Assembly: GCA_965216565.1 (NCBI GenBank)
Contig: OZ244170.1
Coordinates: forward strand, 4,352,001-4,416,000
DNA from: Bythopirellula sp.
GTDB lineage: Bacteria; Planctomycetota; Planctomycetia; Pirellulales; Lacipirellulaceae
DNA: 64,000 nt
Reading direction: 5' to 3'
Made by a program: the position numbers and the translations under genes. Positions 45,822 to 55,982 of this stretch are shown here, in pieces (position 1 is the first letter of the stretch; each line of letters begins with the position of its first letter). The notes under the pieces are model-generated. The model did no database searches and was not told the origin of the DNA. It worked only from the letters and a program-made list of their open reading frames with translations.

Positions 45822-46816
45822 TACTCTAACGGATCACCCTTCTTCCTCCTCAGCTTCACAATCGGCGCGAGCGAGAGCAACAGAAACACACTCAAACCAT
45901 AAATACGACCGTAGTCGAGCTCAGAAGTTGTGAGCCGACGCACATCCTCTAGCTCCAGATCCTCACCACCATCAACGGTCAACAGCGCGACAGCGTGCTT
46001 GTGGGAAATCGGTAAACCTAAGAACTGCACGTACCCGTCAGCAAAAGCGACGTTAATCCCCCGCGTTGACCTATAGAAAAAGCCTTCGTCCACCTCGTAG
46101 CCAAAGTTGTCTGTCATGGGGGGATTGGTCAGGAGTTCGACCGCTTCGTCGGAACTCAGATCTTCCGGCTTCGCCCAGGGCACAGCTTTGTGCGAGGCCT
46201 CGATGAGCATGATCGTGTCGGCCGTGCCGTCCGTGATCTCGTTTAACTTCCGGCCTCGCCCCGGTGGCCACATCGTCTGCTCGCCGACGATGGCGAAGTA
46301 ATGAGTGACATTGCTGGGAGTGATATGCGAGGGGCAATTAAACAGCGGATCGAAGTTATAGTTGAGCAGTGTTTTCTTGTTGGCAGGACTGTCCCAGGAT
46401 TCATTTCGCTTGAATTGAGCATAGAACTGCGAAGATTCAAGATAGGGTGCGATCCAGATTCTCCAGCTCTGTAGATGGTCGCTGTTCGGATTACTTTGTG
46501 CGCTCGCCGGGAGGGTGTTATGAACGCTTACATAATTGTGAAGTCCTAAAGAGAGCTGTTTCATATTGTTAGTGCAGGTAAGACGGGCTATACCATATCT
46601 GACATGGGAAGTTGCTGGCAGAAGCAAAGCTGCCAGCACACTCAAGATAATGACCACAGCCAGCCACTCAGAAAAAGATGTCCGAGGTCGTCTTAACCTA
46701 AGCCACAGTAGCCAAAAGATAAGACATACGGCAACAATGCCTACGCCGCCGAAAGTCGCCAGCGCGGAGGCCAATAGTGCAAACGCCCAAAGCATTGTCG
46801 TGATGCGGAACTCCAT
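45821..46816 (-). CDS. DUF1559-domain membrane protein lacking the canonical prepilin leader
   Basis: LLLPA...CTNNMKQLSLGLHNY...SWR..IAPYLE...CPS...ITDGTADT...PWAKPED...NVAFADG; N-terminus MEFRITTMLW. Confidence 0.88.
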   Translation of the reverse strand: MEFRITTMLWAFALLASALATFGGVGIVAVCLIFWLLWLRLRRPRTSFSEWLAVVIILSVLAALLLPATSHVRYGIARLTCTNNMKQLSLGLHNYVSVHNTLPASAQSNPNSDHLQSWRIWIAPYLESSQFYAQFKRNESWDSPANKKTLLNYNFDPLFNCPSHITPSNVTHYFAIVGEQTMWPPGRGRKLNEITDGTADTIMLIEASHKAVPWAKPEDLSSDEAVELLTNPPMTDNFGYEVDEGFFYRSTRGINVAFADGYVQFLGLPISHKHAVALLTVDGGEDLELEDVRRLTTSELDYGRIYGLSVFLLLSLAPIVKLRRKKGDPLE

Positions 46817-46848
46817 GCTGTTAGTTTAGCAGAGCTTTCTGGGATGCG

Positions 46849-46939
46849 CCGGCGATCTGTCAGATCGCGGCTATTCTTGATAGATCGCGCGTTACCACGG
46901 CTGCATGAATAGCCGCGATGCGATGCATCGCCGGAGCCC
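46849..46939. repeat. Inverted pair of REP-family variants
   Basis: ccggcgatctgtcagatcgcggcta / tagccgcgatgcgatgcatcgccggagccc. Confidence 0.85.
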
Positions 46940-46954
46940 TAAAGCACGCTCAAC

Positions 46955-48052
46955 CTAGCTCACCAGTTCCGCAATCTTCCGCCCCGTCGAGCTTAACGGC
47001 AATTCGCTGAGTTGCGCCTTGCTTGTCCAACACATTTCCGAACCGTTACTACTTAGTCGGCCCGAGTGATAGTTCGCGGCGTAACAGTCGAGTGTAATCC
47101 GATAACGCGTGACGCCATGTTTGATTGTCTTCAAGTGAGTTGCGGTTCGGATTGAAATTCCACTTTGCTCACGAACTTTGTCAGCAAGTTCAGCCTGAGC
47201 AAACAGAGGCCCCTGCCCTTCCACTTCGAAACGTGGAAAGTCCCATAAGCCAGCCCAGCGCTGGTCTTCGCCGCATTTACGCAACAGAAATTGATTTCGC
47301 TTCCGCACTACAACGGCCGCCTCGCGAACGTCGACAAACTTCTTCTTCGCGGCCGCCACAGGGATTTCGTTTTCCAAACCCGCTTCGTATGCTGCACAAT
47401 GCTGCGAGACGGGGCACGCCGCGCAACTGGGATTTTTCGGCGTGCAAACGAGTGAACCCAACTCCATCAGTGCTTGATTGAAATGGGAGACATCCTGACG
47501 AGGCAAAAGCTCCTCGGCCGTTTGCCAAAGTAGCTTCTGTCCGGCGCTTTTGGTCGGATCTTCTTGATAAGCCAACAGCCGCGCGAGCAAGCGAATAGTG
47601 TTGGCTTCCAAGATGGGTGCCCGTCGATCGAAAGCTATCGAAACAATAGCCCCCGCGGTGTAACGACCAATGCCCGGCAAGGTTTGCAACGTTTCCACAT
47701 CATCGGGAAAACGTCCGCCATGTTCGGCAACAATCTGCCGCGCCGCCGCATGCAGTTGTCGAGCACGGCGATAGTATCCTAGCCCTTCCCACAGCCGTAA
47801 TACTTGTTGCTCGTTTGCTGACGCGAGTTTCTTGACGGTGGGAAACTCTTTGATGAATCGGCGGAAGTAGTCCTTCACTGTCGCCACCTGGGTCTGCTGC
47901 AGCATGACCTCGCTGACCCACACGCGATAAGGGTTTTTGCTTTTCCGCCAGGGAAGATCGCGCTGGTGCTGTGTGTACCACTTCAACAACCGGCGACGAA
48001 ACTGTTGCTTACCGCGAGAATCGAGAAGCTGGGAACTGCAGTCCGTTGCCAT
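46955..48052 (-). CDS. mutY: A/G-specific adenine glycosylase
   Basis: RDLPWR, PYRVWVSEVMLQQTQV, WEGLGYYRRAR, LPGIGRYTAGAI, CxxxxxxCxxCPVxxxC, GLWDFP. Confidence 0.97.
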   Translation of the reverse strand: MATDCSSQLLDSRGKQQFRRRLLKWYTQHQRDLPWRKSKNPYRVWVSEVMLQQTQVATVKDYFRRFIKEFPTVKKLASANEQQVLRLWEGLGYYRRARQLHAAARQIVAEHGGRFPDDVETLQTLPGIGRYTAGAIVSIAFDRRAPILEANTIRLLARLLAYQEDPTKSAGQKLLWQTAEELLPRQDVSHFNQALMELGSLVCTPKNPSCAACPVSQHCAAYEAGLENEIPVAAAKKKFVDVREAAVVVRKRNQFLLRKCGEDQRWAGLWDFPRFEVEGQGPLFAQAELADKVREQSGISIRTATHLKTIKHGVTRYRITLDCYAANYHSGRLSSNGSEMCWTSKAQLSELPLSSTGRKIAELVS

Positions 48053-48060
48053 TTTTTGTT

Positions 48061-48258
48061 TCTCGCAGAGACGCGGAGGCGCAAAGTTAGGGAAAAGAAA
48101 TCAAAGACTCGATAAATGGATGGACAGGATTAACGGAATGAAGTTCTTACGGCAACAAATGGAATCTAGTCAATCCAGCAAATCCCGTCATCCTGTCTAA
48201 TTGAATATCGCCTCTGGGGAGATTGGCAGAGTCTTTGCGTCTCGGCGCCTTTGCGAGA
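48061..48258. repeat. Nested inverted repeats
   Basis: Outer tctcgcagagacgcggaggcgcaaag / ctttgcgtctcggcgcctttgcgaga; inner gacaggattaacggaat / aatcccgtcatcctgtc. Confidence 0.7.
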
Positions 48259-48264
48259 GAAAAA

Positions 48265-49740
48265 TCAATTCTCCTTGAGCGCCGCTACCAGATCGACCAA
48301 TGCCTGTTTGCCGTCGCCGAAGAGCATCAGACAATTGTCTGCCGCAAAGAGCGGGTTGGGGATACCGGCGAAACCAGGGCTCAGGCTGCGTTTGATTACC
48401 ACGACGGTCCTCGCTTCATCGACATTCAAAATCGGCATACCGGCGATGGGACTCGAAGGATCGGTATTGGCCACCGGGTTCACGACGTCATTGGCCCCAA
48501 TCACAATCGCTACGTCGCATTGCGAGAACGTTGGATTGATTTCGTCCATTTCCTTCAATTGATCGTACGGCACATCGGCCTCGGCCAGCAGCACATTCAT
48601 GTGTCCCGGCATACGACCGGCCACGGGGTGAATGGCATATTCGACCGTCACGCCCTGGGCTTCGAGTAGGTTGGCCATTTCGCGGACCGCGTGCTGTGCC
48701 TGCGCGACAGCCAGGCCATAGCCGGGCACCACGACCACGCGTTGCACGCCGTCCATCAGCATGGCGACTTCCTCGGCCGACGTCTGTTTGATTTTGCCGG
48801 CATACACCTCATCAGCATCGGCCCCGGAACTGGATGCTTCGAACTTCGCAAAGAGCACGTTGGTAAGCGAACGATTCATCGCCTTGCACATGATGTTGGT
48901 GAGAATGAGCCCCGAGGCCCCCACCAACGAGCCGGCAATGATGAGCACATTGTTGTTGATCACAAACCCAGCAGCGGCAGCGGCCAAGCCGGAGTAGCTA
49001 TTGAGCAGTGCAATCACCACCGGCATATCAGCACCGCCAATTGGCACGACCAGCAAAACGCCCAGCACGAATGCCACCATCGAGAGCACCACAAATTCCC
49101 AACCCGATCCGTCGCGCATCCCCAGCACCAGCAGCATGCAGAACACCAGCATCACGGCGTTGACAATCTGCAGGCCATCAAAGCGGAACGCTTTCTTAAA
49201 GATAGGCAGCTCTTGTAGCTTACCTGCCGCGACCAGCGAACCGGTGAACGTCACCGCACCGATGAGACCGGCCAGTCCAGCGGCAATGCCGGCCACAGCG
49301 ACGTTCTCGGTGGATTCACCAAACCGATAGACTTCCGCCCCAGCCACCAGCACGGAGGCAATTCCGCCAAAGCCGTTAAAGAGCGCCACCAACTGAGGCA
49401 TCTGTGTCATTTGCACAGTATTAGCCAGCCACACGCCCAAAGCCGAGCCAACGAGCATCCCCGCAAAGCAAATCCAAAGTGAAACTCCCGTGCTGGTGAG
49501 CGTCACTAGCACGGCAATTAGCATCCCGATGGCCCCGAGCATATTTCCGCGTACCGCGGTTCGCGGATGCGTCATGCCCTTGATTCCCATGATGAAGAGA
49601 ATCGCTGCAACCAAATAGCCCAAGTTGGCCGTCGTGGAGCCGGTTGCCGCACTTTGGACAATCTCGGCGACGTCCGCTGGTTTCTCCAGCAGTGGGCCGT
49701 CTTGGGCAAGCAATATCATGTTGGCAATCTTGTCGAACAC
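48265..49740 (-). CDS. pntB: NAD(P) transhydrogenase beta subunit
   Basis: MPQLVALFNGFGG, IGGADMPVVIALLNSYSG, VPGYGLAVAQAQ, IHPVAGRMPGHMNVLLAEA, GANDVVNP. Confidence 0.97.
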   Translation of the reverse strand: MFDKIANMILLAQDGPLLEKPADVAEIVQSAATGSTTANLGYLVAAILFIMGIKGMTHPRTAVRGNMLGAIGMLIAVLVTLTSTGVSLWICFAGMLVGSALGVWLANTVQMTQMPQLVALFNGFGGIASVLVAGAEVYRFGESTENVAVAGIAAGLAGLIGAVTFTGSLVAAGKLQELPIFKKAFRFDGLQIVNAVMLVFCMLLVLGMRDGSGWEFVVLSMVAFVLGVLLVVPIGGADMPVVIALLNSYSGLAAAAAGFVINNNVLIIAGSLVGASGLILTNIMCKAMNRSLTNVLFAKFEASSSGADADEVYAGKIKQTSAEEVAMLMDGVQRVVVVPGYGLAVAQAQHAVREMANLLEAQGVTVEYAIHPVAGRMPGHMNVLLAEADVPYDQLKEMDEINPTFSQCDVAIVIGANDVVNPVANTDPSSPIAGMPILNVDEARTVVVIKRSLSPGFAGIPNPLFAADNCLMLFGDGKQALVDLVAALKEN

Positions 49741-49747
49741 GTGCGAG

Positions 49748-50017
49748 TTAATCCTTCTTTTTGAACATGGCTAACATGCGATGCGTGACGAGAAACCCAC
49801 CTACGACGTTAAGTGATGCAAACACAATGGCAAGAAACCCGAGCAACCCTCCGAGAAATCCGCCGCCCGCTAATAGTGCTCCCACCAGCGTAATGCCACT
49901 AATCGCATTCGAGCCGCTCATCAATGGCGTATGCAGTGTTGGCGGTACCTTGGTGATGATTTCGAAACCAACGAAAACAGCCAACGCAAAAATCGTAAGA
50001 GCAGTGATTAAATCCAT
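49748..50017 (-). CDS. pntA: NAD(P) transhydrogenase alpha subunit, membrane part (alpha-2)
   Basis: KVPPTLHTPLMSGSNAISG...NVVGGFLVTHRMLAMF; start ATG 50017. Confidence 0.95.
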   Translation of the reverse strand: MDLITALTIFALAVFVGFEIITKVPPTLHTPLMSGSNAISGITLVGALLAGGGFLGGLLGFLAIVFASLNVVGGFLVTHRMLAMFKKKD

Positions 50018-50046
50018 GTTTCTCGATAGGGATATGAGTTTAAGGT

Positions 50047-50101
50047 CAGCCGCCTTGCCACAGTTCACTCGCCAAGGCGAGCAATGCAAGGCCACGGGCT
50101 A
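50047..50101. repeat. REP-family composite with GCCACAGTTCACTCGCCxAGGCGAGCA insert, inside the pnt operon
   Basis: Insert shared with the copies at 56948-57021 and 60353-60424. Confidence 0.75.
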
Positions 50102-51310
50102 CTTTTTCTCCTCCGCCAAATGATCTGCGGGAGGTTCTGCAGGCGGCTTCACCAGGGGTTCTAGACCCAGCATGTCGCGGAGCCGTTCGTTCTGGACCTG
50201 TCCGTCTTTCGCTGCCAAAGTATCGCGAATTACTTCATCTTTGAGATCTATGTCCAGTTCCCCTTCTTTCACCAACTCGGCGAGAAAAGTAACCAGGTTC
50301 TTGGCGTACATTTGGCTGGCGTGCTGAGGAACTTCACTGGGCAAATTGGTGGGACCTAAGATGGTAACACCATCTTCCATCACCACCTCGTCGCCCTTAG
50401 TGAGTTCACAGTTCCCGCCGCGTTCGGCCGCCAGGTCGACGATCACCGAACCCGGTCGCATCCGCCGCACGCCGTCGGCCGTCACCAACAGTGGCGAGGG
50501 CCGGCCGGGGATAGCCGCGGTGGAAATGCACACGTCGCATTCCGCAACAATGTCGGCCAATTGTTGCTGTTGTTTTTCGACTTGCGCTTCTGTGAGCTGC
50601 TTGGCGTAGCCTCCTTTGTCTTCCGAGTCGGCTGTGTCGAGATCAAGCTCGACGAATTTACCGCCCAAGCTTTCAATTTGTTCTTTCACCACGGGGCGTA
50701 CGTCGTAGGCTTGCACTACGGCACCTAATCGACGGGCCGAGGCAATCGCTTGCAGTCCCGCCACGCCCGCACCAATGACCAACACCTTGGCGGGAACCAA
50801 CGTGCCGGCAGCGGTCATCAGCATCGGAAACAGTTTTGGCAAATGATTGGCCGCCAGCAACACGGCTTTGTAGCCGGCAATTGTGGCCATCGACGAGAGC
50901 ACATCCATGCTCTGAGCCCGCGTGATGCGAGGAATCATCTCCATGGCAAACAGAATTGCTTTGGTGTCGGCAATTTCTTGAATCGCCTGCGGATTGCCGA
51001 GCGGATCGCACATGCCGATGATCACCTGGCCGGAACGCATTAGTTTCAAGTCGTCGCGGCCCGCATCGGCATTGGCCCCCAAGGCTCGCACTTGCAGGAC
51101 AACATCAGCCTGATCGAATAGGGACTTGCGATCGGAGAGAATCTTCGCACCTGCCTCTTCGTAGGCGCTATCGGGGAAACCGGCTGCCACACCGGCTTGT
51201 TCCTGAACTAGAACTTCCCACTCCTTCTTCACCAACTGGCTGACCACCGCAGGAACGAGCGCGACTCTATTCTCTCCGGGGCAAGTTTCTTTGGGGACAG
51301 CGACTTTCAT
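50099..51310 (-). CDS. pntA: NAD(P) transhydrogenase alpha subunit, NAD-binding part (alpha-1)
   Basis: PKE...ENRVALVP, PRITRAQSMDVLSS, IGAGVAGLQAI, GGYAK, VDLAAERGGNCE. Confidence 0.97.
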   Translation of the reverse strand: MKVAVPKETCPGENRVALVPAVVSQLVKKEWEVLVQEQAGVAAGFPDSAYEEAGAKILSDRKSLFDQADVVLQVRALGANADAGRDDLKLMRSGQVIIGMCDPLGNPQAIQEIADTKAILFAMEMIPRITRAQSMDVLSSMATIAGYKAVLLAANHLPKLFPMLMTAAGTLVPAKVLVIGAGVAGLQAIASARRLGAVVQAYDVRPVVKEQIESLGGKFVELDLDTADSEDKGGYAKQLTEAQVEKQQQQLADIVAECDVCISTAAIPGRPSPLLVTADGVRRMRPGSVIVDLAAERGGNCELTKGDEVVMEDGVTILGPTNLPSEVPQHASQMYAKNLVTFLAELVKEGELDIDLKDEVIRDTLAAKDGQVQNERLRDMLGLEPLVKPPAEPPADHLAEEKK

Positions 51311-51481
51311 ATCAACTCATACTAGGGGTAGTTGGAAGTAACGGCTTAGTATGCAATCAAGCAGCGGGGCCTGGAGCGGATCGGCAATTGTGCCACATTT
51401 CCCAAGCTTCCCATAGTAGCCAAAAGCTATCGCCATGCTACCTGTGGCAGGAAAGGCTAGAAAAGCCTAATAGAAGGGAAA

Positions 51482-53230
51482 TCAGAGCCCAAAGTAGAAC
51501 CGGGCGACAACCGCTTGAGGCAAAAACCCCGAGTAACCGGGGACGACGCGATCCGGGTCTTGAACAATCGTTCCTACCACAGCGATTGTCGTTCCACGTT
51601 GAATATCACCGTCTTTGGCAAAAAATGGCACCACGATCTCCGCGTCTGAATTCTCTAAGGCAAGTTCGTATAAAGTAACTTCGCCGCCTTTGCCCAAGGT
51701 GTTTGCACCAACCACGCGACCCACCAATACGCAGCCTTGATGAGGCCTGCCGTTGTGTTGCCACCAGCGTTGGCCAATGAAAGCTAGTGCATCTCGTCCG
51801 GCGGATTGACCGGCAATGTTCTCAAACAAGGTTTTGGCAGCAGCGTCATCGAGATTGGCCGAGTCCACCCCTGCGAAGTCCCAACGCTCCGCCAATCGGC
51901 AAAATGCCATGTACGCTTGGCCTTTGGTGCGTTTGGTTTCCGGCGAAGTGACTTCGCCGGCCAGGAAGCCGGGCACTGCTTGCTGGGCTTCATTTAATAA
52001 CGCACTAAACTCAGCAGCCGTCGTTCCAGTGGCGGGAAGTAATGGAGGGCTTTGTTGCTTTGGCTCGATAGGAAGCTCCGCCGCGGCGGGAATCACCGCA
52101 TCGTCTTTCAAGAGATCAGCAATCGGACTTTCCGCTTCCGGAGTGCTCTCAGCTAATTGTGTTTGAGCTGTTGGATCATCGGTTTCAATCGCAGGTTCGG
52201 TGGCGGCTAGTTGCTCGCCCCCGGAAATCTGCGGCGCAAGCAATTGCGACGTCGGGGGGGGTAGTGCGGAGCTCGGTAGCACCTGCGCTAAACCCAGATA
52301 GTCGGCACTAGGGCCACGTAACCAAAGCAATGCGTATTGACCCAGCGTTGTGCCAATCAAAGCAAACAGCAGAAACACACCTGATAGACGAGCGAGTGAA
52401 TTTGTCTTGCGGCGCAGTTTGGTGTGGACCGGCTTTTCTTCTTCAGATGCTAAATCGTTGCCGGTCTGGGCAACTGCGGCTGGTATAGTTGTTTCGAGAG
52501 CAGGAATTGAGGAGGCCGCTGTGGGCGGCACTTCTAGTTCGGCAACGTTTTCGGTCGAGGTCGACTCGAACCACTCGGCGGTCTTCGTCAATTCCTCTGG
52601 GGTTGCCGACTCATGCTCAATCGGCGTTTCATCCGGCGGATCCATTTGGAAATCGAATTGCGGCGAGTCCTCGAGCGAAGTTGATCCCAGCCCCGCAACC
52701 GCCGCTTCGAAAGGTTCTTCCGGGTTTTCTTCCAGTGATTTCTCAGGCGAAAGCGCGTTTGAATCTATGTCTGCATTCGCCATGGAGTTTTCTTCAGCAT
52801 TCGAATCTATAGCCGAACGAATACGCTCTTCCCAACCAACGAGTTCTTCCGAATCGGCAACAACCGTCTCCGCACTGCTTGCCGCGGGGGTGAGATCATC
52901 TAGCGATACCGGTTGAGGAGTCTCAGGCGTCTCCTTCGAAACGAACTCATGCTCCAGTGGAAGTTCCACGGGATCGGGAAGAATCATCGTTTCGTCGGCA
53001 GCACTGGCCTCGGGATAGGTAATTGGCTCTGGATGGATCTCTGGTTCGGCAACCGGTTCTGGTTCCGGCAATTTTACTATCAATTGGGCTGCGGCTAACG
53101 TGCGGTGCTCGGCCTCTGCCAAAGAGAATTCCGCCCGACACTCCGGGCACTGCGCATAGTCGCTTTCGCTAGCCGCTTCGGGAAGGGCAAGTTGCGCAGC
53201 GCACTGAGGGCAAGTAGCGATCGAAGACAT
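51482..53230 (-). CDS. Zinc-ribbon / acidic linker / TM / extracytoplasmic-domain protein
   Basis: CPQC...CPEC N-terminus, long Glu/Pro-rich region, KLRRK then hydrophobic TM. Confidence 0.75.
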   Translation of the reverse strand: MSSIATCPQCAAQLALPEAASESDYAQCPECRAEFSLAEAEHRTLAAAQLIVKLPEPEPVAEPEIHPEPITYPEASAADETMILPDPVELPLEHEFVSKETPETPQPVSLDDLTPAASSAETVVADSEELVGWEERIRSAIDSNAEENSMANADIDSNALSPEKSLEENPEEPFEAAVAGLGSTSLEDSPQFDFQMDPPDETPIEHESATPEELTKTAEWFESTSTENVAELEVPPTAASSIPALETTIPAAVAQTGNDLASEEEKPVHTKLRRKTNSLARLSGVFLLFALIGTTLGQYALLWLRGPSADYLGLAQVLPSSALPPPTSQLLAPQISGGEQLAATEPAIETDDPTAQTQLAESTPEAESPIADLLKDDAVIPAAAELPIEPKQQSPPLLPATGTTAAEFSALLNEAQQAVPGFLAGEVTSPETKRTKGQAYMAFCRLAERWDFAGVDSANLDDAAAKTLFENIAGQSAGRDALAFIGQRWWQHNGRPHQGCVLVGRVVGANTLGKGGEVTLYELALENSDAEIVVPFFAKDGDIQRGTTIAVVGTIVQDPDRVVPGYSGFLPQAVVARFYFGL

Positions 53231-53275
53231 AAGTGAATGATTTAGTTGAGATATGTCATGTTGTCGGCTCTTTGA

Positions 53276-53459
53276 TGAACCACAAAGACACGAAGATCAC
53301 TAAGTACGGCATCAAAGTTCGAGCGAGCGATGTTCAAACGCGGTGAATGGCTTCTCTAAAAAATCTTCTGCCAAGCCGCAGGTATTTGAGATTCGATCTG
53401 TACGAAACAAGTCAAAACTCCGTTCAAGCTCTTTGTGCCCTTCGTGTCTTCGTGGTTCA
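53276..53459. repeat. Inverted repeat pair built from ~9-bp units (CACGAAGAC-like)
   Basis: tgaaccacaaagacacgaagatcactaag / ctttgtgcccttcgtgtcttcgtggttca. Confidence 0.75.
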
Positions 53460-53564
53460 GTAAAAACATAGCATTCAGCTATCAAAGTCCATTCTATCAC
53501 AGAGAAATAGGTCCCTCCGACCAGGTTTTTCGAGCTAGCACTGTGATTAAGGAGTTTGACGCTG

Positions 53565-55082
53565 CTACAGTCCGTATAGTTCGCCGAACTTACCACTTAG
53601 ATGCCGCATTAGTGCCTCGTGATCCAGTGGTTTGCCAGTCACCCGTTGAACTAATTCCGCAGGTGAATACCGCCTCCCCTGCTGATGAATGTTCTCACGC
53701 AGCCACTCGCGAAGCGGCTGAAACTCCCCTCGACGGAACTGATCATCCAGGTCTCCCAAGTCTTCTTGGGCCTGTTCAAAGAACTGCGCCGCGTAGAGAT
53801 TGCCGAGCGAGTAAGTTGGGAAATACCCAAATAGCCCGGCGCTCCAGTGGACATCTTGTAGCACGCCCTCGGTGTCGGTCGGAACGTCGATGCCCAGGTA
53901 GTGACGATACTTTTCATTCCAAGCCCCCGGCAAATCGGCGACGGGCAATCGATCCTCGATCAGTGCCAATTCCAATTCAAAGCGAATCAGTATGTGCAAG
54001 TTGTAAGTCACCTCGTCGGCATCCACCCGTATGAGCGAGGGCCGCACGTCGTTTACCGCCCAGTGAAACTCAGCAAGCGACACATCTTTCAATGCGGACG
54101 GAAACTCGGCTTGTGCCTGCGGGTAAAAATGTTCCCAAAACGGTCGACTCAGCGCCACTTGGTTCTCCCACATCCGCGATTGCGACTCGTGGATGCCCAT
54201 CGATACATCCTCGCCAATGGGCAGACCATAATGTTCTCGGGGCAAGCCTTGGTCGTAGATGCCATGGCCCGCCTCATGCAAGGTGCTGAAAAACGCGTCG
54301 CTGAAACTGTTTTGATCGAATCGCGTAGTGAGCCGCACGTCGCCGGGACCAAGCCCCGTGCAAAACGGATGGACTGACTTATCAATTCGCCCTGCCTGGA
54401 GATCAAAGCCAATCTTCTCCGCCACTGTTCTGCCGAACGATTGCTGCACGTCGATTGGGTATTCGCGCTGGACGATATCGACCGGCGCTTCCCGACCGCA
54501 CTCGGCAATGGACTTCACGAGTGGAACGAGCGCGTCGCGCAAACCTTCCAGCACCACTTTCACATTGGCGGTTTGCTCATCTTGTTCGTAATCATCGAGT
54601 AACGGGTCGTAAGGTGTCGTGTCGTAACCGACGGCCGCTGCCTCTTGCCGCCTAAGATCGAGAATTCTCTCGAGCTTGGGTTGGAACTGGGCGAAGTCGT
54701 TTGCCTTGCGAGCTTCGATCCATGTTTGTTGACCTAGCGTTGTAGCCCGTGCGAGTTCCTCGACCAAATCCTGTGGCAACTTGGCTTGCTTTTCGTAGTC
54801 GCGACGGAGTTGCCGAATGTTCGCGCCGCTATCGCTATGCGGATCGGCAGCGAGGGGGCTATCGACGAGTTCGGCCAGATACTCGCCCACGCGCGGTTCG
54901 GTCTGTTTGCGATGCGCCAGCCCCGCCAGGTACGCGATCTGCTCCGCCCGATAGTCGCCGCCGGCCGGGGGCAACTGCGTTTGTTCGTCCCAATCCAGTA
55001 AATCGCCAATGGACGAAAGCAGTTTTACTTCGCGAGCATGATCGCACAGCTTGTCGTAAGTGTCTTCGTGAGTGACGGGCAT
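53565..55082 (-). CDS. Carboxypeptidase, family M32
   Basis: HPFC, DVRLTTR, HEAGH (HEXXH), HESQSR, IRVDADE, GVLQDVHWS, YFPTYSLG. Confidence 0.97.
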   Translation of the reverse strand: MPVTHEDTYDKLCDHAREVKLLSSIGDLLDWDEQTQLPPAGGDYRAEQIAYLAGLAHRKQTEPRVGEYLAELVDSPLAADPHSDSGANIRQLRRDYEKQAKLPQDLVEELARATTLGQQTWIEARKANDFAQFQPKLERILDLRRQEAAAVGYDTTPYDPLLDDYEQDEQTANVKVVLEGLRDALVPLVKSIAECGREAPVDIVQREYPIDVQQSFGRTVAEKIGFDLQAGRIDKSVHPFCTGLGPGDVRLTTRFDQNSFSDAFFSTLHEAGHGIYDQGLPREHYGLPIGEDVSMGIHESQSRMWENQVALSRPFWEHFYPQAQAEFPSALKDVSLAEFHWAVNDVRPSLIRVDADEVTYNLHILIRFELELALIEDRLPVADLPGAWNEKYRHYLGIDVPTDTEGVLQDVHWSAGLFGYFPTYSLGNLYAAQFFEQAQEDLGDLDDQFRRGEFQPLREWLRENIHQQGRRYSPAELVQRVTGKPLDHEALMRHLSGKFGELYGL

Positions 55083-55086
55083 TGTT

Positions 55087-55170
55087 TAGGGGCTGGGTGC
55101 TAGGGACTAGGGGCTAGAATGTGCTAGTCTGTGTTCTATCACATTCCCTAGTCCCTAGCACCTAGCCCCA
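55087..55170. repeat. Inverted array of 7-mer tandem repeats (CTAGGG(G/A) / CCCTAG)
   Basis: taggggctgggtgctagggactaggggcta ... ccctagtccctagcacctagcccc. Confidence 0.75.
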
Positions 55171-55181
55171 AACTCCTCCCA

Positions 55182-55871
55182 ATGCTCGACATTCTTGTAA
55201 TTGCACCTCATCCCGACGACGCCGAACTCGGTATGGGCGGGGCCATTTTAAAATTCAAAGCGGAGGGGCTCCGCGTTGGCGTGCTCGATCTCACCAACGG
55301 CGAACCGACGCCGCATGGTTCGCCGGAGATTCGCGCCGCAGAGACCGCCCAGGCGACGGAAATCTTGGACCTCGATTGGCGAGAGAATCTGGGGCTTCCC
55401 AATCGCAGTCTCCAGCCAACGCTCGAAGCACGTGCCCAACTCGCAGGGGTGTTCCGTCAACAACGACCGCGGTGGTTGTTCGCGCCGTATTGGGAAGACG
55501 CTCATCCCGATCACCTGGCAGCGACGGAACTGGTCGACGCCGCCCGCTTTTGGGCGAAGCTATCGAAGACTGACATGCCGGGCGAGCCCCATCATCCCGA
55601 GCGGATATACAATTACTACTGTGTGCATCTCAAGCACGCCGCGCAGCCTGCGTTTGTGCTCGACATCAGCGATCATTGGGAGCAGAAGTTGGCATCGATT
55701 CGCGTCTACGAAAGCCAATTCATCACCGGCCGCCCCACCGAGCCGCCCACGTTCCTCGACCAACTCCGCGACGAAGCCGCCTACTGGGGCCGCGTGATCG
55801 GCAAGCAATACGGCGAACCATTTAACTGTTGCGAACCGCTTGCGCTGAGCAGCATGTCGACGCTTGTGTGA
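55182..55871 (+). CDS. bshB1: PIG-L/LmbE deacetylase, bacillithiol BshB1-like
   Basis: LVIAPHPDDAELGMGG, LDLTNGE, DAHPDH, YESQF, YGEPF. Confidence 0.85.
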   Translation: MLDILVIAPHPDDAELGMGGAILKFKAEGLRVGVLDLTNGEPTPHGSPEIRAAETAQATEILDLDWRENLGLPNRSLQPTLEARAQLAGVFRQQRPRWLFAPYWEDAHPDHLAATELVDAARFWAKLSKTDMPGEPHHPERIYNYYCVHLKHAAQPAFVLDISDHWEQKLASIRVYESQFITGRPTEPPTFLDQLRDEAAYWGRVIGKQYGEPFNCCEPLALSSMSTLV

Positions 55872-55886
55872 ACGAGAATTCGAGCC

Positions 55887-55940
55887 TAGTCGCGATCTGA
55901 CAGATCGCCGGGGGCCATGCGATGTGTGGCATCGCGGCTA
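55887..55940. repeat. Composite double REP (TAG ends outward)
   Basis: tagtcgcgatctgacagatcgccgggggccatgcgatgtgtggcatcgcggcta. Confidence 0.85.
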
Positions 55941-55982
55941 TTCTTGTGTGTGCTAATTCTACTAACATGGTAGAATAAAGTT

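Noticed and set aside
48265..51310. Split pntA as a pseudogene
   Set aside because: Three-gene alpha1/alpha2/beta organisation is a normal, known arrangement and all parts look intact
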